A stretch of 64,000 nt of DNA from an uncultured Bacilli bacterium (GTDB taxonomy: Bacteria; Bacillota_I; Bacilli_A; RF39; UBA660). Under the pieces are notes generated by a model, which was not told where the DNA came from, ran no database searches, and saw only the letters and a program-made list of their open reading frames with translations. This document shows, piece after piece, positions 1 to 10,212 of the stretch; within the stretch, counting starts at the first letter, position 1; every line of letters begins with the position of its first letter. The position numbers were made by a program, and so were the translations under genes. The DNA lies in NCBI GenBank assembly GCA_947627435.1, contig CANQWB010000003.1:5955-69954 (forward strand). Reading direction: 5' to 3'.

Positions 1-2
1 CT

Positions 3-647
3 GTGTTTGAATTAGGTATTCCTAAAATGGATCCTGAATTAGTAGAGTTAATTGGTAAATTGCATTTTAGAACAAGTTATGGGCAAAATGCTTTACAACA
101 TTCGATTGAAGTTGCAAACCTTTCTGGATTACTTGCAGCTGAAATGGGTGAAAATGTAGCACTAGCGAAACGTGCAGGATTGTTACATGATATTGGAAAA
201 GCAATAGATCATGAAGTAGAGGGTAGCCATGTAACTTTAGGTAGTGAAATTGCCAATAAATTTAAAGAATCTGATGTTGTAATCAATGCGATTGAATCTC
301 ATCATGGGGATACAGAAGCTACTAGTGTCATTTCAGTACTTGTTGCGATTGCAGATACATTATCTGCATCTCGACCTGGTGCTCGTAATGATTCTTTAGA
401 AAACTATGTAAAACGTTTACAAGACTTAGAGAATATTGCCAATAGTATGGAAGGTGTTGAAAAAACATTTGCTGTTCAAGCTGGTCGTGAAATTCGTGTC
501 ATTGTAAGACCTGAAGAGATTGATGATTTAGGAAGTTATAAGATTGCTCGTGATATTAAAATGAGAATTGAAAATGAATTACAATATCCAGGTACGATTA
601 AAGTAACTGTAATTCGTGAAACACGTGCAACAGAAGAAGCTAAATAA
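3..647 (+). CDS. rny: Ribonuclease Y, C-terminal part (5' end lies outside the window)
   Basis: HD-domain motifs LLHDIGK and ESHHGD plus the typical RNase Y C-terminus. The ORF is open to the left window edge. Confidence 0.9.
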   Translation: MFELGIPKMDPELVELIGKLHFRTSYGQNALQHSIEVANLSGLLAAEMGENVALAKRAGLLHDIGKAIDHEVEGSHVTLGSEIANKFKESDVVINAIESHHGDTEATSVISVLVAIADTLSASRPGARNDSLENYVKRLQDLENIANSMEGVEKTFAVQAGREIRVIVRPEEIDDLGSYKIARDIKMRIENELQYPGTIKVTVIRETRATEEAK

Positions 648-660
648 TGCTTCTTTTTTG
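632..660 (+). terminator. Intrinsic terminator after rny
   Basis: Stem AGAAGAAGC / GCTTCTT with an 8-nt loop, followed by a T-run. It overlaps the stop codon. Confidence 0.6.
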
Positions 661-814
661 TTACATGCCTTCTGGAGGTGAAAAAGGCTCTTGTAGTAAA
701 ATAACTTTCTTCGAGAAAATTTTGATTTTAAAGATAATTTATTAAAAATAAGTTATCTTTTTTATGATTTTACAGAAATTACAAAAAACAAACGATAAAA
801 ATATGTCCCAAATA

Positions 815-843
815 TTGCAAAAATGTCCCAGAAGATATATAAT
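815..843 (+). promoter_or_regulatory. Sigma-A type promoter for the ATPase/protease operon
   Basis: TTGCAA (815-820), 17-nt spacer, TATAAT (838-843). It lies 17 nt upstream of the likely ATG at 860. ATGTCCCA direct repeats sit at 803-810 and 823-830. Confidence 0.5.
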
Positions 844-859
844 GTATATAGGTGATAAT

Positions 860-1894
860 ATGAAGAAGAAGAATATATTAAATTTAATTAAATATCATAC
901 AGAAAATAATGATGAATATTTTAGAAATGAGGCATATGAAATTGCAAAATATTTTGATAAAACTGGTGATGTTGAATTATCAGAATATATACTTGCTCTT
1001 CTTTCTGATGTAAATACTTTTGTACCACAAATTGATAAATCGGATTTGGTTTTTTTTAAAAAAATATCTCCAAGTAAAGAACCATTTCCTTTACCAGAAA
1101 GCATAAAAGATGATATTGTTGGATTAATACATGCTGTTAAACATAATGTTGGTGTCAATAAATTTTTATTTGAAGGAGCTCCTGGAACAGGTAAAACTGA
1201 AACGGTTAGGCAATTATCAAGGATCTTAGAAAGAGATATTTTTTCTGTGGATTTCAGTATAGTTATTGATAGTAAACTTGGTCAAACCGCTAAAAACATT
1301 ACGGAATTGTTTTATGAAATTAAAAAAATGCCTCATCCAGAAAAAGTAATAATACTTTTTGATGAGATAGATGCCATAGCATTAGATAGAATGAATGATA
1401 ATGATATCAGGGAAATGGGAAGAGCAACTTCTACAATTCTGAAAGAATTAGATCAATTAAATAACAATATTTTATTTATTGCAACTACTAATTTATTTTC
1501 TTCATTTGATAAGGCGCTAATAAGAAGATTTGATTCTATAATTAATTTTAATAATTATTCAAGAGATGATTTGTTGGAGGTTGCTGAGTATATTTTAAAT
1601 GAAATGCTTTTAAAATTTAAAAAGGCTGGAAGAAATATAAAATTATTTAAAAAGATAATTAATTTAATGAATCCAATTCCATATCCTGGAGATTTAAGAA
1701 ATTTAATAAAGACATCTATTGCTTTTAGTGATCCTGACCGTGAATTAGACTATTTAAAAACATTGTATAAGAAAATAAACAAAGATAGAAAATTACAATT
1801 AAAGGATTTACAAAAACTAGGATTTACAGTTAGAGAAATTGAAATAATTACGGGAATTTCTAAAAGTCAGGTTTCTAGAGAATGGAGAGATTAG
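860..1894 (+). CDS. ietA: AAA+ ATPase, IetA-like, with a C-terminal HTH-like tail
   Basis: Walker A GAPGTGKT, Walker B ILFDEID, sensor-1 ATTN. It sits 4 nt upstream of an S8 peptidase gene. The likely start is ATG 860 (AGGTGA RBS) rather than 764 in the ORF track. The C-terminus reads LGFTVREIEIITGISKSQVSREW. Confidence 0.65.
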   Translation: MKKKNILNLIKYHTENNDEYFRNEAYEIAKYFDKTGDVELSEYILALLSDVNTFVPQIDKSDLVFFKKISPSKEPFPLPESIKDDIVGLIHAVKHNVGVNKFLFEGAPGTGKTETVRQLSRILERDIFSVDFSIVIDSKLGQTAKNITELFYEIKKMPHPEKVIILFDEIDAIALDRMNDNDIREMGRATSTILKELDQLNNNILFIATTNLFSSFDKALIRRFDSIINFNNYSRDDLLEVAEYILNEMLLKFKKAGRNIKLFKKIINLMNPIPYPGDLRNLIKTSIAFSDPDRELDYLKTLYKKINKDRKLQLKDLQKLGFTVREIEIITGISKSQVSREWRD

Positions 1895-1897
1895 AAT

Positions 1898-4120
1898 ATG
1901 AATAGCTTACTTCAATTAAAAGGACAATTTCATCAGAGAACAAATAATTCAACTCCAGGACCTGCTGTACTTCCTGGTAGTTCAATAGTTTTGGTTGAAC
2001 ATTTAGAGACTTTATTATTTCAATTAAAGAAATTATATAGTTTTTGGAATACGCAAAATGTAGTTAATGGTGCATTAATTAGTGTGTATTACATTGATAT
2101 AATAGCAAAAAGTAATAGGATATCTGCAATTATTCGTGAGCCTGGTAAAACAACAAACAACACAATAGTTGGTGCAAAATTTACTAATAAAGAAGCTCCA
2201 AAGCATATCATTACACATTATCTACATCTATCTTCATTAAATACTTCTATTAATAAATTAGATTTAGTTATTAAATGTGTCAAAGAAAAAATGTCTGGTG
2301 TAGTTTCTCAACAAAAGTTAGACAATCTAGATGATTTATCTAATTATTTAAAAAAAGTAGGTCTTTCTAAGTCAGCCTTTAATCAAATAATTGTAGATGC
2401 GTATTATGTAGAAAAGTTTGATTTACCCGACAATAGCGATATTATAAGTGATAATGCATTAGTTACTTTGTATAAAACTGATGATAATATAAAAGAAATA
2501 ATGAATAAATTAGGTATAGATATTTTGTCTCAGAGAATTATTGAAGAAGATTCAACGGTATTACTAACGCCAGATCAATTAGATTTATTAAAAATGAAAG
2601 CACCATATTTAATTGCAATGACTTTAAGTGATATTTCAGAATTGTCAAAAGATGATTTTGTTACTTTAGATAATGACACTATTCCTAAATTACCAAATCC
2701 TAGCAATGAACCAACAATTGGAGTAATTGATACATTATTTGATACCAGAAGTTATTTTTCAAATTGGGTTGAATATCATAAAGTGATTTCTGATGATATA
2801 GAAACATCTTCAGAAGATATGGATCATGGCACAGCGGTATCATCTATTATAGTAGATGGCCCAAATATAAATCCAGAACTGGATGATGGATGTGGCAGAT
2901 TTAAAGTTAGACATTTTGGTGTTGCCCTTTCTAAGCAAATGAGTTCATTTGCTATATTAAGACACATTAAGGAGATAGTAAAAACTAATAGAGATATTAA
3001 AGTTTGGAATTTATCGCTTGGTTCAGCTCTTGAGATTAATCCTAATTTTATATCACCTGAGGCAGCCATATTGGATAAAATTCAATATGAAAATAATGTT
3101 ATATTTGTAATTGCTGGAACTAATAAACAAAAAGAAAATGTAGAAATGATTGGTGCACCTGCTGATTCAATAAATGCATTGGTTGTTAATTCTGTTAACT
3201 CAAAGGGTACTCCAGCATCATACTCTAGGAAGGGCTTAGTATTATCCTTTTTTAATAAGCCAGATATATGTTACTATGGTGGAGATAAAAATGATTATAT
3301 TAAAGCTTGTAATTCTTGTGGGGAATGTTTATTAGCTGGGACATCATTTGCAGCTCCATGGATTTCTAGAAAAATGTCTTATTTAATTGACATTTTAGGA
3401 TTAAGTAGAGAAGTAGCTAAAGCCCTAATAATTGATTCTGCAACAAATTGGAAAGAAATAATTAATCAAGAAGAGGCTCCATTATTAGGATATGGTGTTG
3501 TTCCAAAAAGAATAGAGGATATCATAAATTCTAAAGATGATGAAATAAAATTTGTTATTGAAGGAATTTCAGAAAAATATGATACATATACATATGATAT
3601 TCCAGTTCCATTACATAATAATAAATATCCATTTATTTCAAGGGCCACATTATGTTATTTTCCCAATTGTTCAAGAAATCAAGGTGTAGATTACACTAAT
3701 ACAGAACTAGATTTATCATTTGGCAGAATTGATGACAAGGGTCATATAAAAACAATAAATAATAACTATCAAACTGAAAAAGGTCACTATATGTATGAAG
3801 GTAATGCACGAAAAAATTATAGAAAGTGGGATAATGTAAAACACATAATTGAAATATTAAAAGATGGTTCTAAGCCTAAAAAAAGGTATTCAAATGAATT
3901 ATGGGGCATAAGTATTAAAACTAAAGAGCGATTGGAAAAAAGAGATGGAGAGGGAATAAAATTTGGAATTGTAATTACATTAAAAGAAATAAATGGAATA
4001 AATAGAATTGATGATTTTATAAGACTTTGTTCTTTAAGAAAATGGCTCGTTACAAAAGTTGATGTTGAAAATAAAATTGAATTATACAATAAGGCTGAAG
4101 AAGAAATAGATTTAAAATAA
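1898..4120 (+). CDS. ietS: S8 (subtilisin-like) serine peptidase, IetS-like
   Basis: Catalytic Asp (GVIDT), His (HGTAVSSII), oxyanion Asn (NLSLG) and Ser (GTSFAAPW) occur in order. The 740-aa protein has no signal peptide and is translationally coupled to the ATPase. Confidence 0.65.
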   Translation: MNSLLQLKGQFHQRTNNSTPGPAVLPGSSIVLVEHLETLLFQLKKLYSFWNTQNVVNGALISVYYIDIIAKSNRISAIIREPGKTTNNTIVGAKFTNKEAPKHIITHYLHLSSLNTSINKLDLVIKCVKEKMSGVVSQQKLDNLDDLSNYLKKVGLSKSAFNQIIVDAYYVEKFDLPDNSDIISDNALVTLYKTDDNIKEIMNKLGIDILSQRIIEEDSTVLLTPDQLDLLKMKAPYLIAMTLSDISELSKDDFVTLDNDTIPKLPNPSNEPTIGVIDTLFDTRSYFSNWVEYHKVISDDIETSSEDMDHGTAVSSIIVDGPNINPELDDGCGRFKVRHFGVALSKQMSSFAILRHIKEIVKTNRDIKVWNLSLGSALEINPNFISPEAAILDKIQYENNVIFVIAGTNKQKENVEMIGAPADSINALVVNSVNSKGTPASYSRKGLVLSFFNKPDICYYGGDKNDYIKACNSCGECLLAGTSFAAPWISRKMSYLIDILGLSREVAKALIIDSATNWKEIINQEEAPLLGYGVVPKRIEDIINSKDDEIKFVIEGISEKYDTYTYDIPVPLHNNKYPFISRATLCYFPNCSRNQGVDYTNTELDLSFGRIDDKGHIKTINNNYQTEKGHYMYEGNARKNYRKWDNVKHIIEILKDGSKPKKRYSNELWGISIKTKERLEKRDGEGIKFGIVITLKEINGINRIDDFIRLCSLRKWLVTKVDVENKIELYNKAEEEIDLK

Positions 4121-4152
4121 CTAAATAAAAGTCAGTTAGGAGTGATAAAAAA

Positions 4153-5286
4153 ATGAAGGTTATATCAATGTTCTCAGGAGCTGGTGGATTAGACTTAGGC
4201 TTTTCTTTAGCTGGTCATAAAATAGTATGGGCAAATGATTTTGATGACTATGCAGTGGATACATATGAAGAAAACTTTAATAGATTTAATAAGCATAAAG
4301 TTGTTAGAGGTGATATATTAGAATACTTAAATCAAGATGAAGAAAAATTAAAAAAAGAAATACCTGATGCAGATATAGTTATTGGAGGATTTCCTTGTCA
4401 AGGTTTTTCTATAGCCAATATTAACAGAAGTATGGAAGATGAAAGAAATTATTTGTATTTGCAAGTTTTAAAAATGATCAAAATAAAAAATCCTAAATTT
4501 ATATTATTAGAAAATGTTAAAGGCTTAGAAAATATGGAAAAGGGAAAAATTTTAGAAATGATTATTAAAGATATTGAATCAATTGGTGATGGATATACAG
4601 TATATTATAATGTTTTAAATGCATTAAATTATGGTGTTCCACAAAATCGTGAAAGGGTCATAATTTTTGGAGTAAGGAATGATTATGCATCAAAAATTAA
4701 AATGCCCATTACAGACAAACCTGCTGATTCAAAAAAGAAAAAAAAGAGGTTATTAGTAAAAGAGACTCATTCAAAGAATAGTAATATTAAGCAACCTAAA
4801 AATACATACTTAGTCGTTACAGATATGTTTAATAAATTGTGTAATAATAAAAAAATAAATATTAATGATTATTTTGATCAAAATATAAAATATCAGTATC
4901 AAACATTAAGAGATACAATTTTTGGACTACCCGAAGAAACAAATATTGATAATAGTGAAGTACTGAATCACACATCATCTAAATGTAAATTGAATCAAAA
5001 AAAAGCACATATGGTTGGAAATAGACCAACATATTGGGATAAATATTCTCCAACGATAATGGGAAGAGGTAGTGGTACAGGAGGCCCATTAATTATTCCT
5101 CATCCTGAATATAATAGAAGAATGAGCGTTCGAGAAGTTGCTAGAATACAATCTTTTCCTGATACATTTTTATTTTTAGGAAGCACGTCTGCTTGTTATA
5201 GACAAATAGGAAATGCTGTTCCAGTTTTAATGGCATATAACATTGCCAAAATTTTTCCAATAAAAATAGAAGATTTTTTAAATTAA
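4153..5286 (+). CDS. DNA (cytosine-5)-methyltransferase
   Basis: Motif I FSGAGGLDLGF, motif IV GFPCQGFS, motif VI ENVKGL, motif VIII QNRERV, motif X GNAVP. Confidence 0.95.
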   Translation: MKVISMFSGAGGLDLGFSLAGHKIVWANDFDDYAVDTYEENFNRFNKHKVVRGDILEYLNQDEEKLKKEIPDADIVIGGFPCQGFSIANINRSMEDERNYLYLQVLKMIKIKNPKFILLENVKGLENMEKGKILEMIIKDIESIGDGYTVYYNVLNALNYGVPQNRERVIIFGVRNDYASKIKMPITDKPADSKKKKKRLLVKETHSKNSNIKQPKNTYLVVTDMFNKLCNNKKININDYFDQNIKYQYQTLRDTIFGLPEETNIDNSEVLNHTSSKCKLNQKKAHMVGNRPTYWDKYSPTIMGRGSGTGGPLIIPHPEYNRRMSVREVARIQSFPDTFLFLGSTSACYRQIGNAVPVLMAYNIAKIFPIKIEDFLN

Positions 5287-6273
5287 ATCTTCTATTTTTT
5301 GATCTATTAATTTTTCTAGAATAATTATATTATCTATAAATTCTTTGTTTTCAAATACTTTTTCTAAGTTAAAAATTGTATCAAAATATTTTAAGTTTAG
5401 TTTTTTAATCATGTCCATTAATGCTGTATATCTTATTCTTAAATTATTATTTTCCCATCTATACCATATTTTTGTAAATGAATTTATGCCACCATTTTCA
5501 TCATTTAAAGATTCCGTAATAGCGGTTACAAAAGATTCTGATGGAATTAAAGTTATTTTCATTTTATACCCTGATTTATATACAATTAATAAATCATCGC
5601 TATATACGTATTTTACATAGTCATTTATTCTGCTTTTAAATTCATCAAATTTATTATTTTCTTTTATGGATTTGAGTAGTGGAATTGTTTGTCTTGGAGA
5701 TCCTAATCCTCCTTTTCTATCGCTAAGAGCTTTATCTGTTAATCCAATAAATAATGCTCTGTGTGATAGAGAACCTATATTAATTTCATCATTAAAATCA
5801 TTATTAACAATTCTACCTTCTTTATTATAAAGCTTTCCTTTTAATGTTTTAATAGATAATTCATATTGGTCTATTCTATGATCTGCCTTTTCTCGTTTAT
5901 TACCTGCTAAATCATGACTAACTGACCAATCAACATTACTACATAAATTATCATATACTTTAATATAATTTGGAGCAATAGGATTAACTCTAGATGAAGT
6001 ATCGGTAGCTTTTGCCCCTACTAATTCTCCAAAAATATCTTCAAAAATTCTCGCAGTTGTATGTCTATCACGTGTTTCTTTAGATGATACAAAATCATAT
6101 AACATCAATCCTATAAATGAAGAATTAATTTCCCCAATATCGATGCCTTTCTGCAAAGTACTAAGATATTTAATAAGTGAATCTCTATCTGTAGGTTCTT
6201 TTATATTAAAGTCATGGCAAATATTTTCTGAAAATGAGTGCAGTTTATCAAACATTACTTTATCTAATACCAT
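5278..6273 (-). CDS. Putative type II restriction endonuclease partner of the methyltransferase
   Basis: Convergent with the methyltransferase, with a 9-nt overlap of the 3' ends. Candidate PD-(D/E)xK core IDQYELSIK. Recognition specificity cannot be read from the sequence. Confidence 0.55.
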   Translation of the reverse strand: MVLDKVMFDKLHSFSENICHDFNIKEPTDRDSLIKYLSTLQKGIDIGEINSSFIGLMLYDFVSSKETRDRHTTARIFEDIFGELVGAKATDTSSRVNPIAPNYIKVYDNLCSNVDWSVSHDLAGNKREKADHRIDQYELSIKTLKGKLYNKEGRIVNNDFNDEINIGSLSHRALFIGLTDKALSDRKGGLGSPRQTIPLLKSIKENNKFDEFKSRINDYVKYVYSDDLLIVYKSGYKMKITLIPSESFVTAITESLNDENGGINSFTKIWYRWENNNLRIRYTALMDMIKKLNLKYFDTIFNLEKVFENKEFIDNIIILEKLIDQKIEDLI

Positions 6274-6363
6274 ATTATCCCTCCATATACATTATAACAT
6301 ACTGAGTATAAATTCATAAGAATTATGAGAATGATTGTGATAAAATAATAATGGTGATTATTT

Positions 6364-6759
6364 ATGAAAATATTAACATTAAAACAACCATGGGCTACCC
6401 TAGTTGCAGAAGGAATAAAAAAATATGAATTTAGGTCTTGGAAAACTAATTATAGAGGTAAAGTATTAATCCATGCTGGAGCCGGTGTCGATAAAAAAGA
6501 AATGGAAAAATTTAAATTTTTAAATTTAGATTATCCATCAAAAAGAATTATTGCTGAAGCCGAAATAGAAGATTGCCTAGAATTTAATGAAAAATTAAAT
6601 AGTAAAATAATGAATGAAAATAATATAGCATATGGTGCAAAATATAGAAGTGGTTATGCTTGGAAATTAAAAAATGTGAAAAAGATTGATTATGATAAAG
6701 AGATAAATGGTAAATTAGGATTATGGAATATAGATATTAAAAACTTAAAATATAAATAA
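6364..6759 (+). CDS. ASCH domain protein
   Basis: N-terminus LKQPWATLVAEGIKKYEFRSW is typical of ASCH/PUA-like folds. 131 aa. Confidence 0.7.
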   Translation: MKILTLKQPWATLVAEGIKKYEFRSWKTNYRGKVLIHAGAGVDKKEMEKFKFLNLDYPSKRIIAEAEIEDCLEFNEKLNSKIMNENNIAYGAKYRSGYAWKLKNVKKIDYDKEINGKLGLWNIDIKNLKYK

Positions 6760-7165
6760 TTTTTAATTATTTTTTTAAAATATACATAAATTTAATTTAA
6801 AAAAATCCTTGAAAATAAAGGATAAAATATATGTTTTGCGAAGTATAAATAACATTTAAAATCACTTTTAAATCGAATGGACAATTACAATTTTTTATGT
6901 TAAAGTTTCTATAATAGGTGAAAATTATATATAATGAGGTATATAAAAAGAATGCTTTATATCCCATTGAAATCTCAATATTATAAATATTGGGATTTTT
7001 ATTTTGCTTATATATAAAGGATTAATTAAGATTCAATCACTTATTTGGGATAAATTTTGCAAGTGCAAAATAGGTTTGGTACCATTAGAAACATAGATTT
7101 TACATAGGTGAAATATATGTTGTGGTACCATCGTCTTATCCTGATACAAAAATATCAATTAAAAA

Positions 7166-7501
7166 ATGATATTTTTGGGACATTTAGAAAGGAGAAAATT
7201 GTATTTGAAAAAAGATTTTATACTTATTCCTAGAGAACTAATGAAAGATAGCAGTTTGACTAAATCAGACTGCTTTTTATTTGGCAATATTTATAATCTT
7301 AGTAGATTAAATGGTTATTGTTTTGCAACTAATAAAGTATTATCAAATTTATCTTTTGTTAAAGTAAGAACAATTAATTACTCTTTAAATAGATTAAAAG
7401 AAAGAGGATATATTGATATAAAAAGAGTTAGAAATAACGATTTAATTCAACGAAGGATATATATAAATCAAGATATAGATGTGCAAGATGATTCAAGTTA
7501 G
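7166..7501 (+). CDS. Winged-helix DNA-binding protein (DnaD/replisome-organizer N-terminal-like), module A
   Basis: Segment GYCFATNKVLSNLSFVKVRTINYSLNRLKERGYI. A paralogue lies at 16228-16914. The start may be TTG 7199, after the RBS AAAGGAG. Confidence 0.45.
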   Translation: MIFLGHLERRKLYLKKDFILIPRELMKDSSLTKSDCFLFGNIYNLSRLNGYCFATNKVLSNLSFVKVRTINYSLNRLKERGYIDIKRVRNNDLIQRRIYINQDIDVQDDSS

Positions 7502-7612
7502 TATGCAACGATATGCATAAAATAAATGAATTATTGTGCATGTATAATATATTAATTAAAAGAAAAATAATAAATAAAAAATTATATATATAATTCAATG
7601 GAGGTTTTGTTT

Positions 7613-8047
7613 ATGACATATAATGAGGTGTTATTATCAGGAAATATAAACAATATTTTAATTAACAATAAATACATTATTTTGGGACTTACTTGTAAAA
7701 AGTATTCACCAAAAGAAAAAGATAATTTAGTATATGCTAGTTTAAAAGTTTATAAAGATCTTTATGAGAATAATAAAGGTCTTTTTTTATTGGGTAAAAC
7801 TGTTTACTTGAAAGGATATTTAAATTCATATCAAGATAAAAACAAAAAGATACATAATTATGTTACTGTTACAAAGATAGAAGAATATGATTTCATTAGT
7901 GCGAATGGTCCTGTTATTGGAATTGATTGTGATGGAGTTGAAACTTGGAATGGTAAAAGATGTGAGTCTATTCCACCAACTGAAGAAGAACTTGCCGAAC
8001 TAGAAGAATTACTTAGTCAATTTAAGGATGGTGATTCTAGTGAATAA
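7613..8047 (+). CDS. Hypothetical protein, possible OB-fold/SSB-like, with an acidic C-terminal tail
   Basis: GGAGG RBS before ATG 7613. The C-terminal DGVETWNGKRCESIPPTEEELAELEELL is shared with the C-terminus of the 16228-16914 ORF. Confidence 0.35.
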   Translation: MTYNEVLLSGNINNILINNKYIILGLTCKKYSPKEKDNLVYASLKVYKDLYENNKGLFLLGKTVYLKGYLNSYQDKNKKIHNYVTVTKIEEYDFISANGPVIGIDCDGVETWNGKRCESIPPTEEELAELEELLSQFKDGDSSE

Positions 8048-8183
8048 ACCTTTTATTGTGGACATAGATTTAAGTATGGAAGAAGATAAAAAAGAAATTT
8101 TTAAAGAATTAATATTAAATTATTTATTAAAGCAAATTCTAGAAGAAAAACAGTTCTAGTGATTTGCTTATTTTTATTTATCA

Positions 8184-8192
8184 TGGTAAGAT
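8184..8192 (+). promoter_or_regulatory. Extended -10 element upstream of recombinase 1
   Basis: TGgTAAGAT matches TGnTAnAAT. It lies 49 nt upstream of the start codon. Confidence 0.4.
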
Positions 8193-8240
8193 GCACTTGT
8201 CTCGAAGAAAGTTAAGTGCTATAGAATGAGGAGGTAGAAA

Positions 8241-9899
8241 ATGAATTATAGTTACTTAACAAATATGAATTATAATGCTGGTATTTATATTAGACTTTCT
8301 CAAGAGGATAAAGATAAAAAATATGAGTCAGATAGCGAAAGTGTTACTAATCAAAAAGAAATATTAAGAGACTATTGTTTAAAAAATGGATTTAATTTAA
8401 TAGATGAGTATGTAGATGATGGCTATTCAGGAACAAATTTTGATAGACCTGGATTTATAAGAATGATGGAAGATATAAAAAATAAAAAGATTAATCTTGT
8501 AGTAGTAAAAGATTTATCAAGGCTAGGTAGAGATCATGTAATGACGGGTTACTATATTGAAACATATTTTCCAGAAAACAAAGTAAGATTTATATCTATT
8601 GTTGAAAACTATGATAGTATGAAAAATCAAGCAAGTAATGATTCGTCAACATTTATTATTGCTTGTAATGATTATTATAGTAAACAAAATTCATTAAAAA
8701 TAAGGAATGTATTAGATTCTAAAAGAAAAGATGGTAAATTTATTGGGAGCAAACCGTGTTATGGTTATATGAGAGACCCAGAAGATAAAGGGCATTTAAT
8801 AATAGATCCTAATACAGCTCACTATGTTAAGCAAATGTTTGAATGGAGAGCAAATGATATAGGAATATCAGAAATAGCTACTCGACTTACTAAATTAGGT
8901 GCACCAACACCAAGTGCTTATAAGAATTTACCAATATCTTCTAGAGTAAAAGAAAAAAATGAGTGGACAATACATTCAGTAAAAAAAATATTGAGTAACA
9001 GAATGTATACTGGTGATATGGTACAACATACTCAGACCAATATTAGTTATAAATCTAAAAAGAAAATAACTCTTGACCAAAGTTTATGGGTAATAGTAGA
9101 AAATACTCATGAACCATTAGTAGATAAAGAGACATTTAGGATTATTAATAAAAAAAGAGATAATCATAATCGAAAAGTTGAAAAAAAAACAAAAAGACCA
9201 ACAAGATTGCTAGAGGGATTAATCTTCTGTAAAGAATGTGGGAATCGGTTAGGAGTAATTTATAGAAAGAATCATAACTACTGGACTATTAATTGTAATA
9301 GATATGCTAGAGATCCCATTAGAGGAAGATGCAAAACGCATTTTTTCCCTTATGAATATTTTGAAGAAGAAGTATTAGAAGAATTAAATAAATTATTATC
9401 CGATTTATTTAAAGGATTAAGTATTAAAGAATTAAATAACGAAATTATAAATAGAACCAATTCTGGTACTAAATCACTAGATGAAATAAAAAAAGATATT
9501 GAAAAAGACATTTTAAAATTATCTTCTAATATTCAAACAGTTTATCAAGATCGAATTGATGGTAACATTTCTTTAGACTCTTATAAAATGATAGTATCTC
9601 CTTATGAGCAAAAAATGAAAAAACTTAAAGATAAACTAGAAGAAGTAGAATTAGAAATTATGAAAAGGAAAAATAATGCTAATAAGATACCAAATTATAC
9701 AAAGAAGATAAAAGAATTATTAAATTTAGAAAAACCAAATAGAGACTTGTTATTTACCATAATAGATAGAATAGAAGCAGATGAAAATCGAAATATAACA
9801 ATTAAGTTCAAATATCAAATTCTTGATGACTATACCTTTAAATACACTGATAAGAATTTAGTAAGAAATCCTTACGGAAGGTATGGTAAAATAAAATGA
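8241..9899 (+). CDS. Large serine recombinase (module A)
   Basis: Resolvase domain YIRLSQED...DDGYSG...VKDLSRLGRD, a recombinase domain, the zinc ribbon CKECGNRL...NCNRY, and a C-terminal coiled coil. Confidence 0.9.
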   Translation: MNYSYLTNMNYNAGIYIRLSQEDKDKKYESDSESVTNQKEILRDYCLKNGFNLIDEYVDDGYSGTNFDRPGFIRMMEDIKNKKINLVVVKDLSRLGRDHVMTGYYIETYFPENKVRFISIVENYDSMKNQASNDSSTFIIACNDYYSKQNSLKIRNVLDSKRKDGKFIGSKPCYGYMRDPEDKGHLIIDPNTAHYVKQMFEWRANDIGISEIATRLTKLGAPTPSAYKNLPISSRVKEKNEWTIHSVKKILSNRMYTGDMVQHTQTNISYKSKKKITLDQSLWVIVENTHEPLVDKETFRIINKKRDNHNRKVEKKTKRPTRLLEGLIFCKECGNRLGVIYRKNHNYWTINCNRYARDPIRGRCKTHFFPYEYFEEEVLEELNKLLSDLFKGLSIKELNNEIINRTNSGTKSLDEIKKDIEKDILKLSSNIQTVYQDRIDGNISLDSYKMIVSPYEQKMKKLKDKLEEVELEIMKRKNNANKIPNYTKKIKELLNLEKPNRDLLFTIIDRIEADENRNITIKFKYQILDDYTFKYTDKNLVRNPYGRYGKIK

Positions 9900-9918
9900 A
9901 AAAGAAAGGAGAAAAAAT

Positions 9919-10128
9919 ATGACAGTAGAACAAGCTATAAAAATTGATAATAATTGGAAAGAATTAGTAAATAAAGTCATAGATGAAAACAATAATTTCG
10001 ATGACTTTACAAAAGATTTAATGAAATTGGTTACAGAATTAAAACATGAGTATAATAAAAGTACAATTATAAATAAATATCAATATGAAGAAGCAATAAA
10101 AAAACTAATTGATAATAATAACCACTAG
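9919..10128 (+). CDS. Hypothetical small protein
   Basis: GGAG RBS, 69 aa, no recognisable motif. Confidence 0.4.
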   Translation: MTVEQAIKIDNNWKELVNKVIDENNNFDDFTKDLMKLVTELKHEYNKSTIINKYQYEEAIKKLIDNNNH

Positions 10129-10212
10129 GGTCAATTTCAGGAGGAGATAGTCATTGTGTAACTAATGTATAACAATTAAAGCCAAAATTATAGAAAGAAT
10201 TGAGGTAAAGTT

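Noticed and set aside
764-859. Long N-terminal extensions suggested by the ORF track (764, 15055, 25201, 37529, 40588, 52193 and others)
   Set aside because: In each case an internal ATG with a well-spaced Shine-Dalgarno sequence gives a protein starting where family members usually start. The upstream parts overlap promoters, repeats or the preceding gene.
895-4089. Antisense ORFs 895-1158, 2824-3069, 3466-3648 and 3817-4089 inside the ATPase and S8 peptidase genes
   Set aside because: They lie entirely within well-supported sense genes, have low-complexity AT-codon translations and no RBS. They are typical shadow ORFs.
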